NCBI GenBank assembly: GCA_964454245.1
Contig: CAYVSX010000001.1
Span: forward strand, 7,379-71,378
Origin: an uncultured Candidatus Saccharibacteria bacterium
GTDB taxonomy: Bacteria; Patescibacteriota; Saccharimonadia; Saccharimonadales; Saccharimonadaceae
Length of the DNA: 64,000 nucleotides
Direction of reading: 5' to 3'
Shown here: in pieces, positions 1-9,431 of the stretch
Layout: each line of letters begins with the position of its first letter
Numbering within the stretch: position 1 is the first letter of the stretch
Translations under genes and position numbers: made by a program
Notes under the pieces: model-generated
The model's database searches: none
Seen by the model: the letters and a program-made list of their open reading frames with translations, nothing else
What the model was told of the DNA's origin: nothing

Positions 1-3000
1 GAACCGACGCCTCCCGAGCCAGAAGCCCCAGAGCGGCGCCCATTAGTATTGAGCTTTGTGGATGAAACGCATGATGCGCTGGCGGCAGCCCGCGATGCCG
101 CCGAGGCTAGGTTGCGTAACGAAGTTCAGGCCGAGCCAGAGGGTGGTAATCGCTTTACGCGTGGCTTCAAGCGCTTTATCCGTAATATATGGAAGGGCGA
201 GCACGGCCTAGCGCGCGCCTACTACCGCGAAAAGTACAAGCAAGAGGCGCTAGAGCAAATTCAGCAGCAAAATGATGTATTGGCGCACGAAACCGGCGAC
301 ATGGATGCGCGCACCAGGGCGCAATTGGCCACCATCGATCGCTTCCAGTCTGAATACGACGAATCTATCCATAATGAGGCCGGTGAGCAGCGCAAAGAAG
401 TTGCCCATAATACCGAATTTGCCCGCCGCACCAAAGAGCTTATCGCACGCTACGTTAGTGGTGAAATTACCGATGCCGGTGCGTTAGAGGAAGAGCGTGG
501 CCGCATGTTGCAAGAGTTGCAAGATAGGGGCAACGAACAGCTGATTGGCGAAGGTAAGGTGCGCATAGATAACCTACTGGCGATTGCCGATCAAGTGAAA
601 GCGATGGTCGACCATGGTGAAAGCATTGAGCGCGTGCTAGAAGGTATGAAGATTTATAGCGGCGAGGCGCGCTCAAACGTGCGTACCGAAGCGCATATAA
701 CCAAGGCAGAGCAAATAATTGATAAACTACAGCGTCGCACGGTGCTGGGTGGGTTAATTGGCCCAGTTGGCTTAGGTGCGGCAGTGGCCGGCGTGATGGG
801 CGTATTCTCTCTTGGGCGCGGCACTATCGCTAGGGCTACGGCAGTTACCGGCATACCAGGTGTGGTAACGGGCGGCTTGGCCGGCTACCGTGAGTGGACA
901 CGCTTAAAGGAAGAGCGCGCCCTACACTCGCGTGAAATGGCACAGGGCAAGCGTTACAACGAAGGCGACAAGCGCCGCACGCAGATGGAAGCAACACGCT
1001 ACGAGACTAAGCAAGCCTCGGCAGTTACTTCACAGCTAAATGAGCTATTACGTGGCGAGGGTGAGCCAGGTGCTGACGCGGTGCAGGCGGCGTATCATGC
1101 GATTGCTAAAATCGAGGCGAACATTAGTCGGTCGGATAAGGAAAAGATAGACTTTTTGGAGTTTTCGGACGTGGCGAGCGTCGAGCAAGAGCGCCGCGAC
1201 CTTGATGTGGCGCGGGCAACTGCTAAGGTGCGGCTAAAGAGTAATTTAGCCAAGCTGCCAGCTGAATTCCGCACTAAGTTTGGTATCGATGAAAGCAAGC
1301 CAATCAATGCCAGCCTAGCGGCCTATATGGCTGAAATGGATAAAGATATTACTAGCGAAGTCACTGCTAAGGACAAGGTTTATAATAAGTTGCGTAACCG
1401 ACGGGTAGCGACAGCCGTTGCGATTGGTGCGGTAGGTGGCTTTACTGCCGGGCTGGCAGCGCAAGAGATAGTGGCATCCGTCAACAGCAATTACGATGGA
1501 TTGATTGAACATATGATACACGGCGGCGCGCCATCTGCTGATGGCCGACAAACCGTGCTAGAGGGCTGGTTCCATGGCCAGCCGGGTGAACACATTACCG
1601 CATCAGATAAATATGTGCCGCACAGCATAGGGGCAAATAAAAATAACATTGATTTGCCCGATAATTACAAGGTGGTTAATAACCCAGACGGTAGCTTTGG
1701 AATTGAAGCGCCAAATGGCACTAAGGTTGCTGATAATCTAGAGCTAAATAAGAGCGGCAAGCTAACCAAAGATAGCTTGGCTATACTGACTGATAAAAAA
1801 ATTGAAATGCATCAAAACATGGTGGACAGCGGCAAAACCGAGAAAGTATCGGTGAAGGAATACTTGAAGCTGCATAAAGATGATGTAACGCATGTAAAGC
1901 GTGATTTCTGGTACGACCAGAATACGCCAAAGCCAAAGTTCGATAAAAACGAGCTTGGTCTCGATTGGGGCGGCAAAGACCACACTGGCGTTGGCAAAAA
2001 CGGTAGCATTAAGATGACGATTAGTGGTATGACAGCCGATGGGTCGTACCATGGTGATAAAAATGCGGCATGGAATAGCCTAGCTAAAAAGGGTGACATG
2101 GCGTTGGCGGTATCGGCTACACGTGGCACGCAAACCGATGTATTTTTGATAAAAGTAAAACCAAATGGTAGTATAAATATCCCCGAAGATAGACCAGCTC
2201 GTAAGTTCTTTAGTATTAAGAACGGCCACGCGGTATTTAAGGGCGCATTTGCTGAGGCGGTAGAGGTACGCGAAACAAAGGATGGCACCACTCATATTGC
2301 GCCGCTAGCTACCATTACTGGTGAAAACTCAGTAAAGAGTATAGACCAAACCGTAAAAGTACCACACATCAAGCTAACTCCACCAGAAATCAACACCCCT
2401 GGCCGCGAGGTAGAGGGCTTTGGTGTGCCGGTATGGACACATCGCCGCCCGCTTGAGAGAATAAAGCGCGAGGCCATGGGTAATGGTTACGGATATGGGT
2501 ATGGCTCGGCATACTCTTTCGAGCGAAACTTTGCAGAGAAATGGCTGACTGAACGCTCGCCTAGCCTAAACAGCAACCCGGATGTCGATCTTAACACGGG
2601 TAAAGAGCTTAAGTGGTACAAGAACCAGCAAATAAAAATACGTGGTGAGTCTTACATCAAAGAGCTTGACGGGTATATTGATAATAGTAAAGAGCTACAG
2701 TCTATTGGTAATGAAACGAAAGCAATTGTTTGTATCCCTGTAGCGGCAGCAAATGAGTCGGAAAATATTTATCGCACGCTATCCATGTTTGGTCGCCAAG
2801 ACATTGAGTCACAGAAAGCCAGCGTTATATTCCTTAATGTCAACTGGAAGCAGTCGCTTGAGAATGACCCGGCAGAGAAAGCTAAGATTCAAAAAACATT
2901 GGCCGAGATTGAGCGGGCTAGACAGGACTTTCCGGATCTTCGCATCGCAACTTTTGAGAAAGTATGGTCTGATCAATTTGTAAAAGAGAAACAGGGTAAG

Positions 3001-4014
3001 ATATACGGTGAAGTGATAAAGGTCTTGTATGACACTGCGGCCTTTGCCATGGAAAGAAGTATTGCCGAAGGTAGACGCGATTCGAGCGCGGAAGCATTGT
3101 TGATTACGAATGATGCAGATACCGAAGGTATGAGCTATAAATATTTGAAAAACTACATAAAATCCATGGAAGAAAATCCAAAGCAAGATACCTTTACTGC
3201 AACCATTCGGCGAGGAGTAAGCGCGTACGAAGACTATCCTGGCTATGCTATGGTTTCTAACTTTTATGCGAATACAAGCATGGCTATGCTTCACCATCAG
3301 GCAAAAGGTGATGGCGGAGTTTCGACGGATGGTCCGAATTCTGCATTCCGTATGTCTTTGTACGCCGCGATGGGTGGCGTGGAAGCCGAAATTGGCGGTG
3401 GCGCTGATGGTGCGTTAGCGCAACGTGCATGGATTGCACGCTTTAGCCCTGGAAAACAAACTATATGGCGCAAAATTCAAGGTAAGAAAGAAGCGGCTGG
3501 TTCAAACCGTGTTTTGGGTAAGTTTGTATCTGGCGCTTCGGTTGACACGATGCCTGACCGGCTTTTGGGCGCGTATCGTCAAGGCAAATGGGTTGCGAGT
3601 GGATGGGACGGGTTTGATAACGGTGGTTATGAAAGTCGTGAGGCAGTGGCGCAGGCTGGTACGATTGGGCCAGAAAACCCTGAAACAGAGATCGACGATA
3701 TTGCGAAACGAATTGAAATATCCATTTCTGCTTTTGGCTCTCGATGGTGGCGCAAGCCATCGGCTATTGCTACGTCATTAAGAACGACATTCGGCCCGAA
3801 TAAGCCTGGGCATGAGCTGTATCGCTATACTTGGGACTTCTCAAAGAGTAGTGACGGCGCCTTTGTCTTTGAGTTTACAGATGAGGGCAAGAAGGAATTA
3901 CAGAAACGCATGCTATATGACCGTAAAGGGAACCGCTCAAACATTGGCGCACGCATGCGACATCATCTTTATGATAAGCTAAAGAGTGATAGAGAGCCTG
4001 TATTACTAAGCTAG
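1..4014 (+). CDS. Large multidomain protein (>1336 aa, 5'-truncated): Pro/Glu-rich start, helical region, Gly/Ala hydrophobic segments, beta-rich middle, C-terminal GT-A (GT2-like) glycosyltransferase domain
   Basis: Frame is open from base 1 (EPTPPEPEAPERRPLVLSF...), so the true start lies upstream of the window. GT2-like motifs: AIVCIPVAAANESENI (~2722), LLITNDAD (DxD at 3112-3120), GPNSAFR...YAAMGG. Confidence 0.75.
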   Translation, partial: EPTPPEPEAPERRPLVLSFVDETHDALAAARDAAEARLRNEVQAEPEGGNRFTRGFKRFIRNIWKGEHGLARAYYREKYKQEALEQIQQQNDVLAHETGDMDARTRAQLATIDRFQSEYDESIHNEAGEQRKEVAHNTEFARRTKELIARYVSGEITDAGALEEERGRMLQELQDRGNEQLIGEGKVRIDNLLAIADQVKAMVDHGESIERVLEGMKIYSGEARSNVRTEAHITKAEQIIDKLQRRTVLGGLIGPVGLGAAVAGVMGVFSLGRGTIARATAVTGIPGVVTGGLAGYREWTRLKEERALHSREMAQGKRYNEGDKRRTQMEATRYETKQASAVTSQLNELLRGEGEPGADAVQAAYHAIAKIEANISRSDKEKIDFLEFSDVASVEQERRDLDVARATAKVRLKSNLAKLPAEFRTKFGIDESKPINASLAAYMAEMDKDITSEVTAKDKVYNKLRNRRVATAVAIGAVGGFTAGLAAQEIVASVNSNYDGLIEHMIHGGAPSADGRQTVLEGWFHGQPGEHITASDKYVPHSIGANKNNIDLPDNYKVVNNPDGSFGIEAPNGTKVADNLELNKSGKLTKDSLAILTDKKIEMHQNMVDSGKTEKVSVKEYLKLHKDDVTHVKRDFWYDQNTPKPKFDKNELGLDWGGKDHTGVGKNGSIKMTISGMTADGSYHGDKNAAWNSLAKKGDMALAVSATRGTQTDVFLIKVKPNGSINIPEDRPARKFFSIKNGHAVFKGAFAEAVEVRETKDGTTHIAPLATITGENSVKSIDQTVKVPHIKLTPPEINTPGREVEGFGVPVWTHRRPLERIKREAMGNGYGYGYGSAYSFERNFAEKWLTERSPSLNSNPDVDLNTGKELKWYKNQQIKIRGESYIKELDGYIDNSKELQSIGNETKAIVCIPVAAANESENIYRTLSMFGRQDIESQKASVIFLNVNWKQSLENDPAEKAKIQKTLAEIERARQDFPDLRIATFEKVWSDQFVKEKQGKIYGEVIKVLYDTAAFAMERSIAEGRRDSSAEALLITNDADTEGMSYKYLKNYIKSMEENPKQDTFTATIRRGVSAYEDYPGYAMVSNFYANTSMAMLHHQAKGDGGVSTDGPNSAFRMSLYAAMGGVEAEIGGGADGALAQRAWIARFSPGKQTIWRKIQGKKEAAGSNRVLGKFVSGASVDTMPDRLLGAYRQGKWVASGWDGFDNGGYESREAVAQAGTIGPENPETEIDDIAKRIEISISAFGSRWWRKPSAIATSLRTTFGPNKPGHELYRYTWDFSKSSDGAFVFEFTDEGKKELQKRMLYDRKGNRSNIGARMRHHLYDKLKSDREPVLLS

Positions 4015-4024
4015 GGAGGGATAT

Positions 4025-4360
4025 ATGAATAGCGACGAGAAACTACAGCAACTTGAAGAATATCGAGCGCAAGCGCTGGAAAGCCTAGTAGGTATAAGTG
4101 ATTACCTTGTGAATAGCGAAAATGCTGATTATCAGACGATAATTACACTTGCGCATTCAACAGGTAATACTACACTATTTGGTAAGGCGCTTGAAATGAT
4201 TGACAAGATAGACGATCGGGAAGAGCGTAGCGAGGCTTTATTGGCGTTTCTTGATGGTATTGAGTATGCTATTGCTGATAATGTGGGGGGTGATAAGGAG
4301 GTCGACGTAACTCGCGAAGGCGATACTAGGGACACCGAGGAAAAGCTGCCAACGACGTAG
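4025..4360 (+). CDS. Small acidic helical hypothetical protein (111 aa)
   Basis: GGGAGGG RBS before ATG; 10 nt after the preceding gene; amphipathic helices. Confidence 0.8.
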   Translation: MNSDEKLQQLEEYRAQALESLVGISDYLVNSENADYQTIITLAHSTGNTTLFGKALEMIDKIDDREERSEALLAFLDGIEYAIADNVGGDKEVDVTREGDTRDTEEKLPTT

Positions 4361-4515
4361 AGGTGGTATACTGTAAGTAAGGAGAGTCTACAGATATGAA
4401 TGAAGACGACCAGACCAACTAGACGCTAAGAGTATCATTATTTCGTCAGCGTAAAACCCTTGTGCTTTACACCAGTGTGATGTATACTGCAAACAAAAGT
4501 TATAAAAATAAATAA

Positions 4516-7041
4516 TTGGAACAAACAATGGCAGAAGGACTCCCTAAAAAAAGCAATGAAGGTAGCGGTGAAGAGGTGCTGTCGCTTGATGAGGCGCGCA
4601 AAAGATTGCTAGAACAAGCGGCGGCTGGCGATACTGAGCCGTCGATTCTTGAAGATGAGCGGGTCGTGGAGCCTGTTGCGGAAACCAATGAACCAGAGAC
4701 GGTTGGGGTTAGTGAGGCGACCGCTCCAGAAGTTGCAGCCGACCAAGCTGAGAACGATCCATACAATGAACTATCTTTTGCCCAACTAGAAAAGCGATGG
4801 CATGACCTAACCGTTGCCTATAGTACTAGCTATGGAGATGCAACATCCAAAAAACTAGCCACCGATGCTTACGAGAAACTAAAATCACCCGAATTGACTG
4901 AACGACTAAAGCGTGAGCTGCAAGACGCCAGAAATAAATACGGTAAGCTATTCGATAAGTCATCAGAAGCATCGCGTTTGGTGGCTGCTGATGTAACGGC
5001 TAGATATGATGACCTAAATAACCTAATTGCATGGCAAGCTAAAGAGGCCGAAAAGGCTCCTGCTAGAGGTGAAATAAATGAAGCTACGGATACTAGCGAG
5101 CCTGCTGAGCCTACTAAAACTAGCGAGCCAAGCGAACCTGCGGAACCTATAGAGCCAGCAGAGCCTGTGGTGCCGCTAGAGCAACCCATGGAACCTTCAG
5201 GTTCTGTAGAGACACCTGCTGAACCTATAGCGGAAGCTAGTGCTGGCGAGGAGACCGAGAGCGGCGAGCCCAACCCTGCAGAAGATATCGACGACAAGCA
5301 AGGCCCCATAGACAAGCATTTTGAAGCCTACAAAAAGGCCATAGGTGACGAGGCAGAAGAGCAGCGCGCAGCCTATGATGCTATGACCGATGAAGAAAAA
5401 GTGGCCTATCATGAAAACGCGCAAACAAACGATTTGGCAGACAAAATCTTAGAAAACCTGCAAAAGCCAGGTGACGAAGCTGAGCCTGTTGGCGCAGACG
5501 GCGCACCAGACAATACGCCACCGACCCACGAGTCTGAACCGCCTACCGAACCAACGGTGGATCCAACTACTACCGAACCAGGTGAGCCAACTACCGATCC
5601 AACTGCCGAGCCATCACCAGAGCCGCTATTGCCGTACGACGAAGCCGAGCTAGAGCGCTTGCGCCGAGCATACATTGAATCGCCAACCGCCGAAACCAAG
5701 CAAGCCTTGAGCGACTATGTCGAGACTCATACTGTCGAGAAAATGCCGCTAAACGAAGCCTATGATAAAGCCTACAACGAGCGAATTAGTGAAATTCGTG
5801 CCGAAGTATCGGCGCTAGAGGGCGAGGGTGGCGTGAAGTATGGCGACCGGCTAGATGCGGCACTGCGCAGCTATGCCGAGCTAAAGGCTAATGATGAAAC
5901 CTACAATGGCAATATACGTATAGGCAAGTGGACGGTCTATCGTGGCCGTGCTAAGCGCGAAGCCAAGCTAAAAGAACGCGAAAGCGAGCTGATGGCGGCG
6001 AAAATCGCCTACGAACTAGCTGTTCAGTCAAAAATCGAGGCAGCCCAGCTGTACTTTGGCAATGAGCAGCAGGTAAAAGCTCAGCGGCGCAACGACCTAC
6101 TAACACGAGTACGTGAGCTAGATAAACAAACGCGCGACGCCACTAACGATGTGCTTGATGCGCGTCAAGATAGGGGCGGCTGGTTGAGAAAAGCAGCCAT
6201 AGGTATAGGCAACTGGCTACGTGGCGGCGGCAAGGTGAAAAAATGGCTAAAGGCTGGCGGCACCGGCCTAGTGGTAACTGGCGGTACCAAGATATTGGCT
6301 TCGGTGGCTGGAGCTGGCTTCCCAATAGGTACACTACTAGTTGCGGGCGTAGGTGCGGGTGCTAGCCTGGCGGTGCGTACTAGTGCCAAGACGGCGGCGT
6401 TAAATGACCTACGCAAGGAAAGTCAGGGCCGGACGGCTATGAGTGACGCCGAATTTGAGGAATTACGAGCATCTACAGAGCGTAATGAAGAGAGTGGTGA
6501 GAGAGGCTCTGAGTATATTATTAAGAAGATTTTTGAAAACTCTAGAGAACAAGGGCGCGAAAGGGTGGATAAGGCTAATAAAGAAGCTCGTGACGTGATG
6601 CTACGATACGGTGTTGGCGCGGCTGCTGGTACACTGGCATCACTTGGCTGGGATTTGGTTAACCAACAGCTATCGGGTACTCACCCACCAGATGGAGCGG
6701 GCAATGATAAGCTGGGCAAGCCTGCGGTCGTTGATGGCTCGGGTGTAGGCGCCGATATGGGTAATGGCGGAGGCAGATTTGAGTGGCCGCGCGGCGCCAG
6801 TAAAATCACAAGTGACGAAGGTTGGTATCACCAGTTCCAAGACATGGGCATGAGCAGTAAAGAGGCTCAGGCGCTATTTGCCGATAAAGATGTTATGAAG
6901 CAATTGGTGAAGATTGATGCAGCCTATGTAGACAATTCGTCGACCATTGGCGGCTATGGCATCAATATGCCAGCCAACGGACATTTGTCTAAAAAAGCCA
7001 TGGAAATCATCGGTACGGCTATGAAAGCTAAGGGATTTTAA
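4516..7041 (+). CDS. Large acidic Pro/Glu/Thr-repeat protein with coiled-coil region and Gly/Ala hydrophobic segments (start may be ATG 4528)
   Basis: 841-aa ORF; EP/TEP repeats; hydrophobic stretches GGTGLVVTGG...GASLAV (~6253-6375) and YGVGAAAGTLASLGWDLV (~6607-6660); upstream TATACT box. Confidence 0.8.
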   Translation: MEQTMAEGLPKKSNEGSGEEVLSLDEARKRLLEQAAAGDTEPSILEDERVVEPVAETNEPETVGVSEATAPEVAADQAENDPYNELSFAQLEKRWHDLTVAYSTSYGDATSKKLATDAYEKLKSPELTERLKRELQDARNKYGKLFDKSSEASRLVAADVTARYDDLNNLIAWQAKEAEKAPARGEINEATDTSEPAEPTKTSEPSEPAEPIEPAEPVVPLEQPMEPSGSVETPAEPIAEASAGEETESGEPNPAEDIDDKQGPIDKHFEAYKKAIGDEAEEQRAAYDAMTDEEKVAYHENAQTNDLADKILENLQKPGDEAEPVGADGAPDNTPPTHESEPPTEPTVDPTTTEPGEPTTDPTAEPSPEPLLPYDEAELERLRRAYIESPTAETKQALSDYVETHTVEKMPLNEAYDKAYNERISEIRAEVSALEGEGGVKYGDRLDAALRSYAELKANDETYNGNIRIGKWTVYRGRAKREAKLKERESELMAAKIAYELAVQSKIEAAQLYFGNEQQVKAQRRNDLLTRVRELDKQTRDATNDVLDARQDRGGWLRKAAIGIGNWLRGGGKVKKWLKAGGTGLVVTGGTKILASVAGAGFPIGTLLVAGVGAGASLAVRTSAKTAALNDLRKESQGRTAMSDAEFEELRASTERNEESGERGSEYIIKKIFENSREQGRERVDKANKEARDVMLRYGVGAAAGTLASLGWDLVNQQLSGTHPPDGAGNDKLGKPAVVDGSGVGADMGNGGGRFEWPRGASKITSDEGWYHQFQDMGMSSKEAQALFADKDVMKQLVKIDAAYVDNSSTIGGYGINMPANGHLSKKAMEIIGTAMKAKGF
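5092..5630 (+). repeat. Degenerate coding micro-repeats (EP / SEP / TEP)
   Basis: TSEPAEPTKTSEPSEPAEPIEPAEP and TEPTVDPTTTEPGEPTTDPTAEPSPEP; actagcgagcc occurs twice. Confidence 0.7.
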
Positions 7042-7056
7042 TAAAAGGGGTGGGCA

Positions 7057-7482
7057 ATGTTTGATATAGATGATGACTTTTTAACCAGTATTGGCTACGA
7101 TGTCAGTGTGCTAACGCCAGAGCAGCGCCAGCAATATAGCGGCGAGATACAAGAAGAAATGAACCAGCGGCTATCGGAGCGCTTGGCTATGGAGCTGACT
7201 GAGGAGCAAGCTGCGGATATGCAAACGATTCAAGATAGCCATGAGCGGGCCGAACAGTGGCTATACGAATTTCATAGCGATTTTGCTAGCCGAGATGACT
7301 ATCAATCACTGGTACAGGCGCTGGGCGAGCTAGATGCCAAGCAATTTTACGCTACAGCGCTGTGGATGCAAGATGCCGTGCCGGGCTATGGGGTAATAGC
7401 CCAGGAATTGCTAAACGAGTACCAGGCTGAGCTAATAGAAAAGGCTAAATTGGTGGACACGGCACTGGGCGATGTGGCGTAA
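7057..7482 (+). CDS. DUF5663-like small acidic protein (divergent paralog 1)
   Basis: MFDIDDDFLTSIG...RLSERLAMELTEEQ...QWL aligns by eye with the next gene; AAGGGG RBS. Confidence 0.7.
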   Translation: MFDIDDDFLTSIGYDVSVLTPEQRQQYSGEIQEEMNQRLSERLAMELTEEQAADMQTIQDSHERAEQWLYEFHSDFASRDDYQSLVQALGELDAKQFYATALWMQDAVPGYGVIAQELLNEYQAELIEKAKLVDTALGDVA

Positions 7483-7519
7483 AGTGGTACAATAGATTTA
7501 GTAACCATACGGAGGAACT

Positions 7520-7963
7520 ATGTTTCAATTAGACGATAAATTTTTGCAAGATGTAGGCCTAGGCGGCCTGCCCGAGGATCAGAAGAAGTTATTTTTAGAC
7601 CATTTTCGTGAGCAGCTAGAGCTGCGTGTGGGGACGCGCCTGAGTGAAGGCCTAAGTGACGCTCAGCTAGAAGAGTTTGAAAGCTTTATCGACCGCAAAG
7701 ATGACCGCGTAAATGCGTGGCTAGCGGCTAATGTGCCAAACTACGAGGAAGATTCGATCTACCAGCAGCTAAAGGCTGGTGCGCCCGAGCAAATCCCACA
7801 AAACGTAGTGTTGGCCGAATACGCCAGCCTAAAGTGGCTCGGCCTCAATCGCCCCGACTATAAAGATGTCGTTACGGCGACTATGAACGAGCTAAAAAGC
7901 GAAATTATCGCCAACCGCGATGCTATTTTGGGTGCCGATACTGGCGCTCAGCCAGCTGCATAA
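7520..7963 (+). CDS. DUF5663-family protein (paralog 2)
   Basis: MFQLDDKFLQDVGLG...HFREQLELRVGTRLSEGLSDAQLEEF, recalled as a typical CPR DUF5663 signature; own TGGTACAAT box and GGAGG RBS. Confidence 0.75.
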   Translation: MFQLDDKFLQDVGLGGLPEDQKKLFLDHFREQLELRVGTRLSEGLSDAQLEEFESFIDRKDDRVNAWLAANVPNYEEDSIYQQLKAGAPEQIPQNVVLAEYASLKWLGLNRPDYKDVVTATMNELKSEIIANRDAILGADTGAQPAA

Positions 7964-8856
7964 CCGCGCAAAAAGTCAGCCCCACTCATAGTTTTACCAC
8001 TTGGGGCAATCACTTCGTCAATTGAAAGGAACGCACCGTTCGCACACTCTAGGTCGAGCGGTGTTTCTTTTGTCATCACACCATGGGCTTTGGTGACTAT
8101 TACGGTATGTTGGCCGATGGTAACACGCGAGCGGGGGAAGCCTAGGTAGGCGCGGATGTGGGCTTCGGCCTCACCCGGTGTTAGTTTGGCGAGGTCTAGC
8201 TGGCTCATGTCTTTTGTCAGAAGCGAACAGTAGGTGGCTGCGGGCTCATCTTGTGGTGTGGCTTGCAGCACGCCAGATACAATTTTCGGCAAGTTACTCA
8301 CGAGCAAGTTAGCACCAAGCGTGAAGAGTGTGTCGTACAGTTCGGGCTTGGTTTCGGTAAAATCTAGCGCGTAGGGCACCTGGGTGTATATTGGGCCGGC
8401 ATCCATGGCGTATTCCAGCTTCATGATGGTCACGCCGGTTTTGCTATCGCGGTTAATAATCGCCGATTCGATAGGCGATGGCCCGCGGTACAGCGGCAGC
8501 AGCGATGGGTGCACGTTAATGATGCCGGGCGTAAATAAATCTAGCGTGGCCTGGGGGATGATTTTGCCAAAGCTCACCAGTACGCCCACTGGGCTGCCTA
8601 GCTGTTTTATGTCAGCGGTAATATCTTTTAGCTTGGCCGGTTGCCACACTGGTATATTATTTTCCACCGCGTAGGTTTTTACGGCTGGGGCGGTTAGCTT
8701 GTTACCGCGACCCTTGGGCGCGTCAGGCTTGGTCACCACGGCCGCTACTGGGTAGCCGGCGTTCACTAGGGCTTTTAGCGCCAGCAAACTATGGTCTTCG
8801 GTGCCAAAAAATACTATCGGGCTATTAATCCCACAGGTCGGCGTTGTCTTTGACAT
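7948..8856 (-). CDS. fmt: Methionyl-tRNA formyltransferase
   Basis: IVFFGT, VVTKPD, INVHPSLLPLYRGPSPI, MDAGPI motifs; downstream of def. Confidence 0.95.
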   Translation of the reverse strand: MSKTTPTCGINSPIVFFGTEDHSLLALKALVNAGYPVAAVVTKPDAPKGRGNKLTAPAVKTYAVENNIPVWQPAKLKDITADIKQLGSPVGVLVSFGKIIPQATLDLFTPGIINVHPSLLPLYRGPSPIESAIINRDSKTGVTIMKLEYAMDAGPIYTQVPYALDFTETKPELYDTLFTLGANLLVSNLPKIVSGVLQATPQDEPAATYCSLLTKDMSQLDLAKLTPGEAEAHIRAYLGFPRSRVTIGQHTVIVTKAHGVMTKETPLDLECANGAFLSIDEVIAPSGKTMSGADFLRGYAAG

Positions 8857-9400
8857 GCGTGTCGTAATCCAGCGGGTCTAGCTCGCCCTTATCGTTTAGT
8901 CGGTAAAAGGCATCGGTTTGGTCACGTATATGGTCTATAAACACGATGCCGTTGGTGTGGTCGATCTCGTGCTGCAATACGCGCGCCAAAAATCCTTCGG
9001 CCTTTATGCGCACTTCCTGGCCGTTTATGTCCATCGCTTTTACGCGCACCTTGCCATAGCGCGGTACTTTGCCATAAAAGCCGTTGACGCTTAGGCAGCC
9101 TTCGTAATCCTCGATCATTGGGCCTTCGCCCTTAACAATTTCGGGGTTGATTAGCGGTATAAATTCCTGGTTGGTTTTGTCGTCAAAGTCGCCGCGCACT
9201 ATCACTACGCGCTCTAGGTGGTCTACCTGCACTGCGGCCAGGGCAGCGCTAATTTCGTGCGGACGTGATGCCTCCCAGTCAATGCTGGCGGCGGTCATAT
9301 CGGCAATGAGTGTTTTTACGTCGTCGGTAATGACGTGCACGCGGGTTGATTTTTGCCGCAAGTGCGGGTTGGGTAGGGTGATTATGTTTTCTTTTTTCAT
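8825..9400 (-). CDS. def: Peptide deformylase
   Basis: EGCLS and QHEIDH motifs; the first motif is atypical (AALAAVQV instead of GxGLAAxQ). Confidence 0.95.
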   Translation of the reverse strand: MKKENIITLPNPHLRQKSTRVHVITDDVKTLIADMTAASIDWEASRPHEISAALAAVQVDHLERVVIVRGDFDDKTNQEFIPLINPEIVKGEGPMIEDYEGCLSVNGFYGKVPRYGKVRVKAMDINGQEVRIKAEGFLARVLQHEIDHTNGIVFIDHIRDQTDAFYRLNDKGELDPLDYDTHVKDNADLWD

Positions 9401-9431
9401 TGGTAATTATTATATCACATAACAGGGGTTA

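Noticed and set aside
7948-7950. UGA-to-Gly recoding (genetic code 25)
   Set aside because: No conserved gene is broken by an in-frame TGA, and Fmt reaches its expected length at this TGA.
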